Assembly (NCBI GenBank): GCA_016219225.1
Contig: JACRBX010000202.1
Span: 741 to 64,740, forward strand
Length of the DNA: 64,000 bases
Direction: 5' to 3'
DNA from: Deltaproteobacteria bacterium
GTDB lineage: Bacteria > Desulfobacterota > RBG-13-43-22
The position numbers and the translations under genes were made by a program. This document shows, piece after piece, positions 63,886 through 64,000 of this stretch. Position 1 is the first letter of the stretch. Every line of letters starts with the position of its first letter. Below the pieces are notes generated by a model. The model did no database searches, was not told the origin of the DNA, and saw nothing but the letters and a program-made list of their open reading frames with translations.

Positions 63886-64000
63886 GTCATTCCGGCGAAA
63901 GCCGGAATCCAGGGTTTTTTAATTTCAGAATAGTTCTGGATTCCGGCTTTCGCCGGAATGACGGAGCGATTGTCGGCGCTTTTTGAAAAAGCTAAACTGA
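63886..64000. repeat. REP/BIME-like inverted pair (gtcATTCCGGCgaaaGCCGGAATccagg, a 22-nt spacer, then ctggATTCCGGCtttcGCCGGAATgac) plus the conserved tail ..tttttgaaaaagctaaactga
   Basis: Homologous to 9402, 28647 and 43298. The tail is identical to 15005-15023. Confidence 0.85.

Noticed and set aside
1-64000. tRNA, rRNA and other canonical RNA genes
   Set aside because: No segment showed the cloverleaf landmarks (GTTCRANYC T-loop, CCA-compatible acceptor pairing) or rRNA-like conservation. All long non-coding stretches are accounted for by repeat families.

Overview
This 64-kb window is about 55% GC and comes from an anaerobe of the deltaproteobacterial type. Fifty-four of its 57 genes lie on the + strand. 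The first 50 kb is one large catabolic island for carboxylic acids that are activated as CoA esters.

The island contains:
- six family-III (CaiB/BaiF-type) CoA-transferases
- four AMP-dependent acyl-CoA synthetases and one PaaK-like adenylating enzyme
- three acyl-CoA dehydrogenases, one enoyl-CoA hydratase and one MaoC hydratase
- a lone acyl-CoA carboxyltransferase and one BKACE (3-keto-5-aminohexanoate-cleavage-like) enzyme
- two FadR-type GntR regulators
- three complete LivKHMGF-type ABC importers plus one orphan binding protein
- three condensing-enzyme modules built from thiolase-fold, HMGCS-fold and DUF35 (Zn-ribbon/OB) proteins

No 3-hydroxyacyl-CoA dehydrogenase is present. In two of the three condensing-enzyme modules the HMGCS-like partner appears to lack the nucleophilic Cys. 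In the third module the thiolase-fold protein itself lacks it, which resembles the Ltp2-type aldolase. Together these suggest C-C cleavage by hydration and retro-aldol chemistry rather than classical beta-oxidation.

A translationally coupled PaaK-like/LplA-like pair is another unusual feature.

The last 14 kb carries housekeeping genes: hisI-hisG, a TPR lipoprotein, an aminotransferase, engB, a Met-rich secreted protein, a Gly-zipper lipoprotein, a CCG-domain Fe-S protein, a CsgG-like lipoprotein, class II RNR nrdJ, tatD, an EamA transporter and a CAP-domain protein.

Almost every intergenic region is packed with short interspersed repeats. These include REP/BIME-like inverted pairs with GNRA-loop hairpins and several short-period tandem repeat families, often arranged as inverted copies. 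Two copies of a composite ~100-nt element sit directly upstream of unrelated start codons.

A conserved operator-like motif containing GTCGACA occurs at both GntR genes and at the first CoA-transferase gene. A duplicated ~70-bp junction element with the palindrome GTCAGGCA-N3-TGCCTGAC and an ACAD gene remnant flanks a 6.5-kb catabolic module.

No tRNA, rRNA or CRISPR array was recognised.
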